Origin: an uncultured Microthrixaceae bacterium
Lineage (GTDB): Bacteria > Actinomycetota > Acidimicrobiia > Acidimicrobiales > VFJN01
Assembly (NCBI GenBank): GCA_963717755.1
Contig: CAVQWY010000002.1
Coordinates: 682,393-746,392 of the forward strand
Direction of reading: 5' to 3'
Length of the DNA: 64,000 nt
Shown: piece by piece, positions 42,185-52,184 of the stretch
Position numbering within the stretch: position 1 is the first letter of the stretch
Layout of the letters: every line of letters starts with the position of its first letter
Notes under the pieces: generated by a model
What the model was told of the DNA's origin: nothing
What the model saw: only the letters and a program-made list of their open reading frames with translations
Databases searched by the model: none
Position numbers and translations under genes: made by a program

Positions 42185-42637
42185 TCAGCTCAGCACGTCC
42201 TCGATGCGCTCGAGCGTGGCGGCCATGTTCTTGGCCGCGGTCTTGCCGCCCGGCGCCACCGCCGGCTTGGTGAGCGGTGACTCCTGCGAGATGTCCCAGC
42301 TCTCGCGCACGAGCGTGCCGCCGTCGGTGGGCTCGAGCTCGTAGCGCCAGATGCGGCCGCCCACGAGGTGGCCGATGCAGCGACGGGCCGCGCGTCTGCC
42401 ACGCGATGCGGCGGCCCTCCTCGAACTCGATGACCTTGCTCTCCATCGCGTACGGGACGCCCATCACCATCGACATGCCGAACTTGCTCCCGAGCCGCAG
42501 GCGCTCGACCGTGCCCACCGCGTCGCGGACCGTGCCGGAGCCATCGATGTCCCGATGGCGGTTCGGGTCGGCGACAGATCGAAGATCTCCGCGGCGGGAG
42601 CGGGGATGAACCGCTCGACGCTGACGACATCAGCCAT
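42185..42637 (-). pseudogene. SRPBCC (START/polyketide-cyclase-like) family protein, 2 frameshifts
   Basis: MADVVSVERFIPAPAAEIFDL..., GSKFGMSMVMGVPYAMESKVIEFEEGRRIAWQT and GGRIWRYELEPTDGGTLVRESWD... lie in three different frames. Confidence 0.65.
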
Positions 42638-42664
42638 GGTCGGCTCCTGGTGTCGGTGTTCGGG

Positions 42665-43148
42665 CTACGACTGCCCGAGGGCGGCTTCCACTTCGGCCTT
42701 GACCCCGTCGGGGAGCGTGGTGCCGGCGACCCGGCCGATGCCCTCGAAGCGCTTGAGCTCCTCGATGACGGCGGGATCGAGGCCCGGCGTCGACGAGCAG
42801 CAGCAGGGCGGAGGTGCCGGGGTCGATCCAGCCCGCCATGTCCTTGACCCACGCGTCCTCGAGGCCCTTGTCGACCAGCTTGCCGTAGAGCGCGCCGGCG
42901 GCCGCTCCGCCGATGGCGGCGCCGAGGAACACCGGCCCGCCGATGAGCAGCCCGCCGAGCATCCCCCACCAGGTGCCGGACGAGCGCGCCCTTGAGCGGG
43001 GTGACGTCGACCGTCTCGACGATCCGGGTGTGGCCCTCGCTCGTCCTTGGCGACGATCACGGCATCGTGCATCTTCAGCTTGCCCTCGCCGGCCAGGTTC
43101 AGCGAGCACGAGCAGCAGCTCCGAGGCCCGGCTCGGCTTGTCGAGCAC
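42665..43148 (-). pseudogene. DUF1269-like membrane protein (glycine-zipper), at least 4 frameshifts
   Basis: Segments LDKPSRASELLLVLA / NLAGEGKLKMHDAVIVAKDERG / HTRIVETVDVTPLKGALV / GTWWGMLGGLLIGG...GALYGKLVDKGLEDAW...PGTSALLLLV / LDPAVIEELKRFEG... alternate among all three frames. Start unresolved. Confidence 0.6.
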
Positions 43149-43264
43149 GATGGCCAGGATCTCCTGGCCAGACTCGGGCCGTCAGGATCGGCGGGCGAGT
43201 GGGGAGTCGCTCACCGCGCCGACGCTACAAGCGGGCCGACGCGTTCCGGCCCTACGGTGCGCCC

Positions 43265-44320
43265 GTGCTGCCCGACGACCCTCTGCTGCCGCTGCCGCCC
43301 CAGCCTGCCGGCGTGCCCTGGCCGACCGAGGCGTGGCCCACGGCTGATCCGCCGGCCGCCGTGGTCGCGCTGGTGGACGAGCTGTCGAGGACACCGATCG
43401 CTACGGCACCACGTACGCGGTCGCGGTCGTGCAGGGAGGACGGCTGCTCCTCGACCGCTACGGCGGTGCGCTGCCGCACTTCGACCGGCCGCCGGAGCCC
43501 GTCGAGCCGGACACGCCCCTGCTGTCGTGGTCGATGGCCAAGTCGGTGCTGCACGCCGGCATCGGCGTGCTGGTGGGGGAGGGACGGCTGTCGCTCGACG
43601 CGCCGCCGGGGGTGCCGGGCTGGACGGACGGTCGCGCCGCCATCACGCTCGACCACCTCCTGCAGATGCGCGACGGGCTCGAGTGGGCCGAGGACTACGT
43701 GGACGCCGGCGTGTCGCAACGTCATCGAGATGCTGTTCGGCGCGGGCCAGGACGACGTGGCCGCGTACGCGGAGGCGCGGCCCGCTCGAGTCCACGAGCC
43801 GGGCACCACTTCAACTACTCGTCGGGCACCTCGAACATCGTGGCGGCCGATCCTCGGCCGCGAGGTCGGCGCGGGCGAGGCCGTGCGCCGGTTCCTCCTC
43901 GACCGCGTGTTGCACCCGATCGGGATGCGCTCGGCCGATCCTCGCGTCGACGCGGCCGGCACGTTCATCGGATCGTCCTACGTGTACGCCACCGCGCAGG
44001 ACTGGGCCCGGCTTCGGCACCCTGCACCTCCGCGACGGCGTGTGGGACGGCCAGCGCATCCTGCCCGAGGGGTGGGTCGACCACGGCCGCCGGCCGCGCT
44101 CGGTGGACCCCACCGACGGCGACGATCTACGGCGCCCACTGGTGGATGGACCACCTCGACGTGGAGCGGGGCACCTTCCGGGCGTCCGGCTACGAAGGGC
44201 CAGTCGGTCGCCATCTGCCCGGCCCTCGACGCGGTGGCCGTCCGCCTCGGCAAGACCGACGAGCCGATCACCGAGAACCTCCCGCCCTGGCGCAAGCGCC
44301 TCTTCGACGCGCTGAGCTGA
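43265..44320 (+). pseudogene. Beta-lactamase-related serine hydrolase, at least 7 frameshifts
   Basis: SWSMAKSV (SxxK), HLLQMRDGLEW, HFNYSSGTSNIVA, YGAHWW and SGYEGQSVAICP are recovered only by hopping among ORFs 42992.., 43047.. and 43429... Confidence 0.7.
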
Positions 44321-44355
44321 GCCAGCCGATTCGGTTGCAGCGGTGCGCCGGTACG

Positions 44356-45966
44356 GTGCTGCTGGTGACGGACCAACCCCCGGGTCCTCCCGCTCCGCCC
44401 GGCGGCTGGATCGAGCTGCCGGACGACTCGCCGCCCCCGTTGCCTCCGCGTCCTGCGTCTGGAGCGTGGCTCTCGCTGGGTCCGGCCGGGCCGCCGCTTC
44501 CACCTCCGCCCCTGCCGGCGCCTCCGTCGGCGGGGCGGCCGCGTTGGCCGCTTCCGGTGGCCGCGGTGCTGCTCGTCCTGGGCGCGGGCGCCTTCGCGCT
44601 GTCTCGGCGAGACAGCGGTCGTCGTTTCCCGAAGGAGTGGGACGCAGCGCGTGGTTCGGATGGTCGAGTTCGTGGAGCACGAGCGGAAGCTGACCTTCGA
44701 CCACCCGGTCCGCATCGACTTCCTCGACGAAGCCGAATGGGAGGAGCAGGGCAGCATCGACGACGAGGACGTAACCGACGAGGACCGGCAGCTGTTGGAG
44801 CACGGCGCAGGACTGTTCCGCGCCGTGGGCCTGGCCGAGGGCGACCTCGACCTGCTGTCCGACACCGAGGAGCTCGGCACGAGCGGCACCGTCGGCCGGT
44901 ACAGCTTCGAGGAGCAGCTGATCACCGTCCGTGGAACCGAGCTGAGCCGTGAGGTCGAGGCGACCCTCATCCACGAGCTCACCCACGTGCTCCAGGATCA
45001 GCACTTCAAGATCGGCGAGCGGTTGCAGCGGCTCGGCGACGACGACAACGCCGAGGGGTCGCTGCGGGCGCTCGTCGAGGGCGACGCGGACCGCATCGAG
45101 GACAAGTGGGTGGAGGACCTGCCGGACGAAGGAGCGGGACGTCCTCGAGGAGGAGCGGTCCGCGGGAGGCGACGAGGCCAACGAGACCCTCGACGAGCTG
45201 CCGAGCTCGCTGGTCACCTTCTTCGCGGCCGACTACATCCTCGGCTCGGGGTTCCTGTCGATCGTGGAGGCGGCCGACGGCACGTCGGCCATCGACGACG
45301 CGTTCCGGTCGCCCCCGGGACCGGAGGAGCACGTGTTCGATCCGATCTCGTACCTGGAGGACGACGATCCGAGCGAGGTCGAGCTGCCGAGCGTGAACGG
45401 CGAGGCGATCGAGGACATGGACGGTGACTTCGGGGCGGTGAGCTGGTTCCTCATGCTGGCCGAGCGGATCGATCCCGTGGAGGCGTTCGCGGCAGTGGAC
45501 GGGTGGGGTGGCGACGCGTTCCGCGCCTTCACGGACGGCGACCGCACGTGCGTGGCGTTGCGGTTCGTCGGTGAGACCGAGGACGCCGCGACCACCATGG
45601 AGACGTCGCTCGCGGAATGGGCGGCGGCGATGCCGGCCGAAGGCGGAGGCCGAGGCGGCCCTCACGGGCGACATGGTGAACGTGGCGACGTGCGATCCGG
45701 GTGCCGAAGCGGACATCCTGGAAGGGAACGGACGATCACAGGAGGCGATCTCGCTCGTCGCGACGCGCACCACGCTGGCGGCCCAGGTGCTCGACAGCGG
45801 GGGAACCAACGATCAGGCGCGGTGCTTCTCGAGCGGGCTGATTGCGAGCCTCGGCTACGAGCTGATCGTCGACGACGAGCCGACGGCCGCCCAGGAGGAG
45901 CAGATCCAGCAGCTCGCCACCGACCAGGCCGCCGCTGCCGCTAGGCCGGGTCAGGACCGCGGGTGA
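44356..45966 (+). pseudogene. Membrane-anchored HExxH putative zinc metallopeptidase, at least 3 frameshifts (near 44640, 45130, 45640)
   Basis: Pro-rich N-terminus and TM helix (PLPVAAVLLVLGAGAFAL). LIHELTHVLQDQHF and ALVEGDADRIEDKW. Segments lie in ORFs 43429.., 44651.., 44949.. and 45508... Start uncertain. Confidence 0.55.
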
Positions 45967-46055
45967 GGCGGCTCGTCGGCGAGCTGGGCCTCGTGGCGTT
46001 CCTTCTCGTCCTGGAGGGCCTGCAATACCGCCATCATGATCTTGTTCATGTCCTG
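45951..46055 (-). pseudogene. Displaced 3' fragment of the MFS transporter gene (QDMNKIMMAVLQALQDEKERHEAQLADEPPHPRS-stop)
   Basis: Near-identical to the C-terminal codons of the MFS gene at 52185..52290. It sits at the left junction of the island. Confidence 0.7.
45997..46054. repeat. Left copy of 58-bp direct repeat (attL candidate)
   Basis: cgttccttctcgtcctggagggcctgcaaTacCgccatcatgatcttgttcatgtcct. Differs from the right copy at 46026 and 46029. Confidence 0.8.
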
Positions 46056-46100
46056 ACGTGAGGCACTGAAGCCCAGGTCAGAGCGGGTACGCCGATCCGC

Positions 46101-46118
46101 CGTGCCATCTACGTGCCA
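46101..46118. repeat. 18-bp motif CGTGCCA-TCTA-CGTGCCA (left, inside element)
   Basis: Exact 18-mer also present at 52110..52127. Contains an internal 7-bp direct repeat at 11-bp spacing. Lies 47 bp inside attL. Confidence 0.6.
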
Positions 46119-46128
46119 CAAGCGCTGC

Positions 46129-46410
46129 TCATTGGGAGCCCGAGGGCTCTGGACGGCGCCGTGCGGGCTCCTCGTCGCCGTGCAGTACGAGCGGGTCGAG
46201 ATCCAGCCCGTTCGGCCAGACGACATCGCCGTCCTCGACTCTGACCTGCGCGAAGAACGACGGATCCTTCAGCGGCTCGAACATCGGGCCCCACAGCCGG
46301 TCAGCGAGGTCCGTGTCGTGCACCACGCCGTCGTCGAAGGTCACCCGGATCGCGTAGGGAGGGAGCACCTCGACGGCGACTGGCCTCGGGATTCGGTCGT
46401 ACTTCTTCAT
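46129..46410 (-). CDS. DUF2442-like small protein
   Basis: MKKYDRIPRPVAVEVLPPYAIRVTFDDGVVHDTDL...VVWPNGLDLDP. The ATGA overlaps the DUF4160-like gene. Confidence 0.65.
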   Translation of the reverse strand: MKKYDRIPRPVAVEVLPPYAIRVTFDDGVVHDTDLADRLWGPMFEPLKDPSFFAQVRVEDGDVVWPNGLDLDPLVLHGDEEPARRRPEPSGSQ

Positions 46411-46667
46411 GGCAACGGCTCGATCGTACCGGGATCGCCAGAATCGGCGGCTCGGTTCCACGCGTGGTGAAGGTCAGCGACATGAAGCGCGTGCCATGTG
46501 CGAACGAGTCGTAGAGCTCTGCGAGGCAGGGAGCCCGCCAACACAGAACCGTCTTCGATCCGAAGGAGCACGTCGTGCTCCCCGTAGCGAGCGTGGAAGT
46601 GGGGCGGCGGATGATCGTCCCAGTACATCGTGATGACGATGCCGTAGAAGGTTGAGAGCCGAGGCAC
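46407..46667 (-). CDS. DUF4160-like small protein
   Basis: VPRLSTFYGIVITMYWDDHPPPHFHARYGEHDVLLRI...LPRRALRLV. The GTG lies 2 nt after the integrase stop. Confidence 0.65.
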   Translation of the reverse strand: MPRLSTFYGIVITMYWDDHPPPHFHARYGEHDVLLRIEDGSVLAGSLPRRALRLVRTWHALHVADLHHAWNRAADSGDPGTIEPLP

Positions 46668-46669
46668 GC

Positions 46670-47764
46670 TCAGCCGTCCTCGGACAGTGCGCGGAACGTG
46701 TGATCGAGGCGGGCCATGACCGCGTCGTTGGTCTCGGAGAACAGGTGGCCGTAGACGTCGGCGGTGATCTGGACCGAGCTGTGGCCGAGCCAGCGGCTCA
46801 CCTGCAGCAGGTTCGCCCCCATCTCGACCCACAGCGGAACGGCTGAGTGGCGCAGGTGGTGGAAGCGCAGCGACGGGAAGCCCGCTGCCTCGCGGGCGGG
46901 CTTCCACACGTCGCCGTGCCAGTTCCCCGCGTGGAGGCGTCCACCCCGGGACGCCGTGAAGACGAGGGTGTCGTGGTCGGCCCTGTCGATCGTCTGGAGG
47001 TGCGCCCCCAGGACCGTGGCGAGGAACCCGGGGATGGGCACGGACCGGCGACCGGACGCCGTCTTCGGCTCGGCACGGTCGGGACCGACCTGCGGTGCGG
47101 TCTCCTCGACGTGGACGAGTCGCCGAGGGAGGTCAACCCGCCCGACTCGAAGGCCGGCGATCTCGGCGAACCGAAGTCCGCAGACGCCGGCGACGAAGAT
47201 CATCGGCCGCCAGCTCGCCGGGGTCGCATCGGCGAGGCGAACGAGGGCCTCTGGACGGACGACGGTGACGCTCGTCTTCGGGATGGGCGGCAATCGCACG
47301 CCGCGGGTGGGCGCTCGCTCGATCAGCTCGAGGTCGACCGCCGTCCGCAGCGCCGAGCGGAGCACGGCGTAGACGGAGTGCGTGGTGCCGGCGCCGAGCG
47401 TCTCCGTCAGCCCGGCGACGAAGCGCTGCACGTCCTGCGGACGGAGATCCGAGAGGGGAGTGGCGCCGAGCGCCGGGCTCGATGTGGGCGCGGATGGCGC
47501 TTCGATCTCTGGCGAGCGTTCCGGGCCGTTTGTGGAGGGAGTGCTGGGTGCGCCACCGCTCGAGCCACTCGCCGACCGTCAGGTCCGGCTCAGGGTCCCC
47601 GACCACGAAGGTGCCGCGTTGCAGGTCCGTCTCCGCCATGGCGAGCCAGCGAGCGGCGTCGGCCTTCGTGGTGAAGGTGGTGGGCGCGGGCGACCCGTCG
47701 GGGAGCCGGGCCTGGTAGCGGCCCGACGGCAAGCGGCGGACAGCCCGAACTGACGTCTGCCCAT
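46670..47764 (-). pseudogene. int: Tyrosine recombinase/integrase, 2 frameshifts (near 47735 and 47465)
   Basis: MGRRQFG | VRRLPSGRYQARLPDG...TKADAARWL | QRFVAGL... Catalytic FHHLRHS and LGHSSVQITADVYGHL. Confidence 0.85.
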
Positions 47765-47813
47765 GGCGAACCTCCGAGGCAGCGGCGATGGCCGCAGCGG
47801 GTGCGAGGGGACC

Positions 47814-48131
47814 TCAGCGGTCCCGAGGAGGCTCGGCCTGAGCGGGCCGGCGACGCGAAGCCAACCGTACCGGTGGGGTGAGACGTTCGCCGTGCCGGTG
47901 CGAGTCGATCCACGCGTCGATCTCGAGCGGATCGAACCGCAGCAGGTGCCCCCATTTCACGAACGGGATCCGTCGTTCGTGGACCAGGCGCCGCACGTGT
48001 CGAAGCTCAACGCCGAGTAGCTCGGCAACCTCTGCGATAGGGATCAGCCTGCGGGGCAATGGAAGCGGGTGCGAGGAGTCGTGCGTCCACGTGACACTCC
48101 TGGAGGTGCGTGGTGGTCCTCCGCGGGACAC
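47814..48131 (-). CDS. xis: Excisionase-family helix-turn-helix DNA-binding protein
   Basis: LIPIAEVAELLGVELRHVRRLVHERRIPFVKWGHLLRFDPLEIDAWI. The likely true start is TTG 48059. Directly upstream of int. Confidence 0.7.
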   Translation of the reverse strand: MSRGGPPRTSRSVTWTHDSSHPLPLPRRLIPIAEVAELLGVELRHVRRLVHERRIPFVKWGHLLRFDPLEIDAWIDSHRHGERLTPPVRLASRRRPAQAEPPRDR

Positions 48132-48499
48132 ATCGGTGGTCCCGAGAGCCGTCCAGTGGTCAGAAGGTCAGCCCTCGGGTCCTTCCCCCGGCTGGACGGC
48201 GGGGGCCGACGGGGACCGACGAGCGCCGCGATCCATGTCTCAGCGGCAGTCCGTCCTCGCTGCGCCCTTGCGCCTGATAGAGGGTGGGGTGCAGGCGTTG
48301 CGGGTTCGCTCGTAGCGTTCGAGGGCCTGGTGGGCGGTCTCGACTTTGCCCTGCCACCGGTTCGGTTGGCTTCTCAACGATCTGGCCGCTCGCTGGGTTC
48401 TCGCTGCGGCGTGGCTCGAAATAGGCGAGACGCAACGGCCCCTCATCAGGACTGCCCGCCGTGGCACACCACCACAACGGACAGTCATGAGGAGGAGAT

Positions 48500-49517
48500 G
48501 TGTTCATCATCGGGATCGACCCTCACAAGGGGTCCCATACCGCGGCGGTGCTCGACGATCAGGAGGCGCTCGTCGGTGAGCTCCGTGTCGTGGCGGACCG
48601 GCGACAACGCGATCAGCTGTTGCGGTTCGCGTCGCCGTTCGCGCCGAGGACGTGGGCCATCGAAGCTGCCGGCGGGCTCGGCGCGCTGTTAGCGCAGCAG
48701 CTCGTGGCGGTCGGTGAGACCGTGCTTGACGTGCCCCCGGCGCTGTCGGCTCGGGCACGGTTGTTGGACTCGGGACGCACCGACAAGAGCGATCCGCACG
48801 ACGCCCGCTCCGCCGCGATCGTGGCGTTGCGGCACGACTCACTGCAGTTGGTTCGACCGGTCGATCACACCGCGGTGCTGCGGCTGTTGGCGGACCGCCG
48901 CCACGATCTGCGAGGGCTGCGGACCCAGGCGGTCTGCCGGCTCCATGCGCTGTTGTGCCTGCTCAGGCCCGGTGGGCTCTCCCAGCGGCTCTCGGCGGAT
49001 CGGGCCGCCAAGGTGCTGCGGTCGATCCGACCGGTCGAACCCGTGGCCGTCGAACGCAAGCGCGTGGCCCTCGAGCTCCTTGGTGATGTCCGCCGCCTCG
49101 ACCAGCAGCTCGCCGCCCTCAGCGAGCGCATCACCATCGCCGTCGAGGCATCCGACACCACCCTCACCGACGTCTACGGGATCGGCCCGATCCTGGCCGC
49201 GACCATCGTCGGCCACACCGCTCACATCGGCCGGTTCCCCACCGCCGGGCACTACGCCCGCTACAACGCCACCGCCCCGATCGAAGCCTCCAGCGGGCCG
49301 CGGGTTCGGCACCGCCTCAACCCCCGCGGGAACCGGCGAGCTCAACCACGCGCTCCACATCGCCGCGGTCACCCAGATCGCGCACGACACGCCGGGCCGC
49401 GTCTACTTCGAACGGAAGCTCGCCGAGGGCAAGACCCGCAAGGAAGCCCTCCGCGCGTTGAAGCGACGCATCAGCGACGTCGTCTACCGCCAACTCCTCG
49501 CCGACGCTCGACGCTGA
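48500..49517 (+). pseudogene. IS110-family transposase, frameshift near 49330
   Basis: AGGAGG 4 nt upstream of the GTG start. N-terminal FIIGIDPHKGSHTAAVLD (DEDD-type). After the shift, the C-terminus is NRELNHALHIAAVTQIAHDTPGRVYFERK... Element ends not identifiable. Confidence 0.85.
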
Positions 49518-49685
49518 TCAGACGGGCCCGGGAGGGCAGACGGGACGACTCTTAGCCAGCGTGGCCGGCTCGACACCCTGAGGCCGGCTCTTCGGACAAG
49601 CCACTCCCGGACCCACACCAACGCTACGTCCGACTGCTTCACCGCGCCCTCGAACACGTCCTTGACACAAACAGGCATCGGTATG

Positions 49686-49707
49686 GGCGGGGCCCGCGGG
49701 CCCCGCC
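49686..49707. terminator. GC-rich near-perfect palindrome GGCGGGGCCC-GC-GGGCCCCGCC between convergent genes
   Basis: 10-bp complementary arms, 11 nt downstream of the second recombinase stop. No U-tract, so this is a candidate only. Confidence 0.35.
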
Positions 49708-49717
49708 GGTGATCGGG

Positions 49718-50641
49718 TTAGGTGGCGCCTTCGACCCAGGCGGCCACGGCGTGGGTGGAGTTGCGGGCGATGGCGTCGCGGTTGCGGTCGTAGTAGGCGA
49801 CCATGCGGCTGTCGGCGTGTCCGGTAGATGCGGCGATGTCTCGTTCGCGTTGGCCGGCGTCGAGGGCGAGGGTGACGAAGGTGTGTCGGAAGCTGTGGGG
49901 CGTGATGCGCTTGGTGATGTGGGCCTGGCGGACGACCCGTGCCACGACTCGGGCGGCGCCGCGGCGGTCCATGCGCGTTCCCGTGGCGGTGACGAAGAGC
50001 GGGCCGGAAAGTGCGGTCGCCCATGACCTCGTCGACGAGCCACGCGGTGCGACTGGCCAGCGGGATGGTCTGTTCCTTGCCGCCCTTGCGGGTCACCCGA
50101 ACCGTGCGGACCCCGCGCCAACGTCCGATGTCCTCGATGTCGATGCCGGTCACCTCCGACACCCGCAGGCCGTTGAGGCCCAGCAGACAGACCAGGGCGT
50201 GATCCCTCGCCGGGAGGTGACTGGCGACGGTGAGGAGATCCGCGAACTCCGTGCGGGTCAGCCCGACGGTGCTCGAGGTTCGCTGCAGCTTCGGGCGGCT
50301 CACGAAGACCATGGGGTTCTCGTCGATGAGCCGGTCGATATGGGCGTACTTGTAGAACCCGGCGAGCGCGTTCAGCCGGGCACCGACGGTCGCCGGCTTG
50401 CGGCCGTGCTGCTCGAGAGTGCGAGCGAAGAGCTCGATCTCCTTCCAAGTCGCCTCGAGCGGGTCGATCCTCGCCTCCTCGCACCACTGGAAGAACTGCC
50501 GCAGAGCCGTCTCGTACGCCTCCCGGGTGCGCTCAACCCGATAGCGAGCGATGAAGGCCATGGCGTGGAGCTCGGCCCGCGAACGCTGCCGCGAACCCGT
50601 CGAGCTACCAGCTCGGCATTCGTCAGATGGATATGGGTCAT
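49718..50641 (-). pseudogene. Second tyrosine recombinase (XerC/D-like), 2 frameshifts (near 50600 and 49990)
   Basis: ATG 50641 with GGAGG 7 nt upstream. MTHIHLTNAE | LAGSSTGSRQRSRAELHAMAFIARYRVERTREAYE...LRVSEV | RMDRRGAARVV...PHSFRHTFVT...MVAYYDR. Confidence 0.8.
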
Positions 50642-50743
50642 CAAAGTTCCTCCGTTCTGCAGCCCGCCGCCACAGAACGCAGCACCTCCATCAGCCGCCG
50701 TCGACGCCACACGCGGCGCCCATACCGGGCAGAGTGTGCACCC

Positions 50744-51418
50744 ATGCTTCATGTCGCGCGATCCGTGATCGCGTTGATCGTCGACTTCGTCGTGGTGAGC
50801 GCCGGCCTCGGTGCCGCGGCCTGGTTGACCGTCGTGCCGGCCATGGACCATGAGGCCGAAGAGCTTGCGTTCGCTGCGATCCTCATCATTTTGTTGGTTC
50901 CGGCTGCGGCCTGGTGGAAGGCCACTCCTGAGCGGCGGCGAAAGTGGTCCGTCGGACGCAGGCTCACTCGGCTGCCGCCGTTCGGGCAGACGGCATACCT
51001 GCCGGAAGGCGCGCATGCCGACTACCGACCATCGCAGACCGTCCGTACGCGAGCGACCTTGGCCAGGATGGAAGTACGTTCGGAGTTCGTGGCCGACGCA
51101 GACCACCGAGTTGAACCCTCTAGCAAGACGGCGCAGCGGCACGAGGCGCGTGCGATCGTCGGGGCCTATCACCAGGAACAGCTACGACGGTTGCTGGAGC
51201 ACGTCCGCGCAGGCTTCGACCAGCTAGATGCGGGTGGGATCGACGAGTTTGAGCTCGACGACCTCATCCACCGCTACAAGCGGGCCGCGAAGCATCTCTG
51301 GGTCTTCTGTGAATCGAGTGGCGGGCAGTTCCTGCCGACGGCCGCGGCCCTGCAGTCCATCCGCGACCGAGGGGAGGAGCGAGATTGGTGGGCTGAGAGC
51401 GAGCGGCGCCGGGATTGA
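50744..51418 (+). CDS. Hypothetical protein with N-terminal TM helices
   Basis: MLHVARSVIALIVDFVVVSAGLGAAAWLTVV... Lower-GC codons. Intact. Could be two fused small genes. No family recognised. Confidence 0.4.
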   Translation: MLHVARSVIALIVDFVVVSAGLGAAAWLTVVPAMDHEAEELAFAAILIILLVPAAAWWKATPERRRKWSVGRRLTRLPPFGQTAYLPEGAHADYRPSQTVRTRATLARMEVRSEFVADADHRVEPSSKTAQRHEARAIVGAYHQEQLRRLLEHVRAGFDQLDAGGIDEFELDDLIHRYKRAAKHLWVFCESSGGQFLPTAAALQSIRDRGEERDWWAESERRRD

Positions 51419-51682
51419 TACCCAATCCTGCCCCGTCTGCCTTCCCGTTGACCTGCCGCCCCGGCGCTGGCGCGCCGAGTTGCCAACGGTCCAAGGCGGC
51501 CTGACCGCCATCCAGACCGATCAGCTCTCGGTCTCTGCGACTCCTTCATGCCGGCCGCTGTCGTTCGCAGCAACTGCGGCCGTGACCCGCCACCCGCTCC
51601 GCGGCTAGGTCGAGATGGGACAGACGATTGCATTGACTGTCCACCTCGGGGGACACCCAGGTCCTGAGGGGCCTAGGTGGGC

Positions 51683-52087
51683 ATGCCGAAGACCTTCTTC
51701 GCCGTGTACGAGCCAGACATCGAGGGCGACGAGTGGCGCGTCCGAATCGAGGGCGTGGACGGATGCCAAGCCTTCGGGCGGAGCTTCCCGACAGCCCGGA
51801 GGCGAATCCGCGAGGTGCTCGGCTGGAAGGTGGGGAGTGATCCAGCGGCGTTGCACATCGAGGATCGGTTGCCCTCACAGATCGCGGCTGTGGCGAAGCG
51901 GGCGAGGCGAGCTCGCCGTGAGGCAGACCGAGCCACCGCGAGGGCGCAGCAGGAGGCAGCCAGTGCAGCGAAGGAGCTGGCCGAGCTGGGGCTCAGCCGG
52001 CGCGACTCCGCTGCGCTGCTCGGCCTGTCGCATCAACGAGTACAGCAGCTCGTTCCCGGCGGTGACGGCGCTTCGAGCTGCTCGTAG
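51683..52087 (+). CDS. HicB-like antitoxin-fold protein with C-terminal HTH
   Basis: MPKTFFAVYEPDIEGDEWRVRIEGVDGCQAFGRSFPTARRRIREVL (HicB-type fold pattern). LGLSRRDSAALLGLSHQRVQQL HTH. No hicA partner seen. Confidence 0.55.
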   Translation: MPKTFFAVYEPDIEGDEWRVRIEGVDGCQAFGRSFPTARRRIREVLGWKVGSDPAALHIEDRLPSQIAAVAKRARRARREADRATARAQQEAASAAKELAELGLSRRDSAALLGLSHQRVQQLVPGGDGASSCS

Positions 52088-52109
52088 ATCGAGTGCAACC
52101 GACTGGTTG

Positions 52110-52127
52110 CGTGCCATCTACGTGCCA
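52110..52127. repeat. 18-bp motif CGTGCCA-TCTA-CGTGCCA (right, inside element)
   Basis: Exact copy in the same orientation, 100 bp inside attR. Confidence 0.6.
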
Positions 52128-52184
52128 GAAGGAACGGAAAATTGGCGGATCTGATGGTCAACGCCGGTCGCTGGCGGACACCGC

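Noticed and set aside
45951-46226. ORF 45951..46226(-), 91 aa, as an independent gene.
   Set aside because: Only its last ~34 codons are coding-like, and these duplicate the MFS C-terminus. The rest crosses the att junction and is best read as a displaced gene fragment.
48240-48400. Minus-strand peptide ...NRWQGKVETAHQALERYE..., reminiscent of the GKVE region of DDE (rve-type) transposases. It would be a possible remnant of an older IS hit by the IS110 copy.
   Set aside because: Only about 20 aa of loose similarity, recalled from memory, with no DDE residues or flanking homology. It is too weak to annotate and is mentioned only as a caveat for the bridge-RNA idea.
49686-49707. The GC-rich palindrome as an attachment or IS-end site rather than a transcription stop.
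   Set aside because: It is a single copy with no partner elsewhere in the window. Its position between convergent genes favours a terminator-like role, and even that is kept at low confidence.
51419-51682. Search for a hicA toxin gene upstream of the HicB-like gene.
   Set aside because: No frame on either strand gives a HicA-like 60-80 aa ORF. ORF 51615.. overlaps out of frame and has no HicA features.
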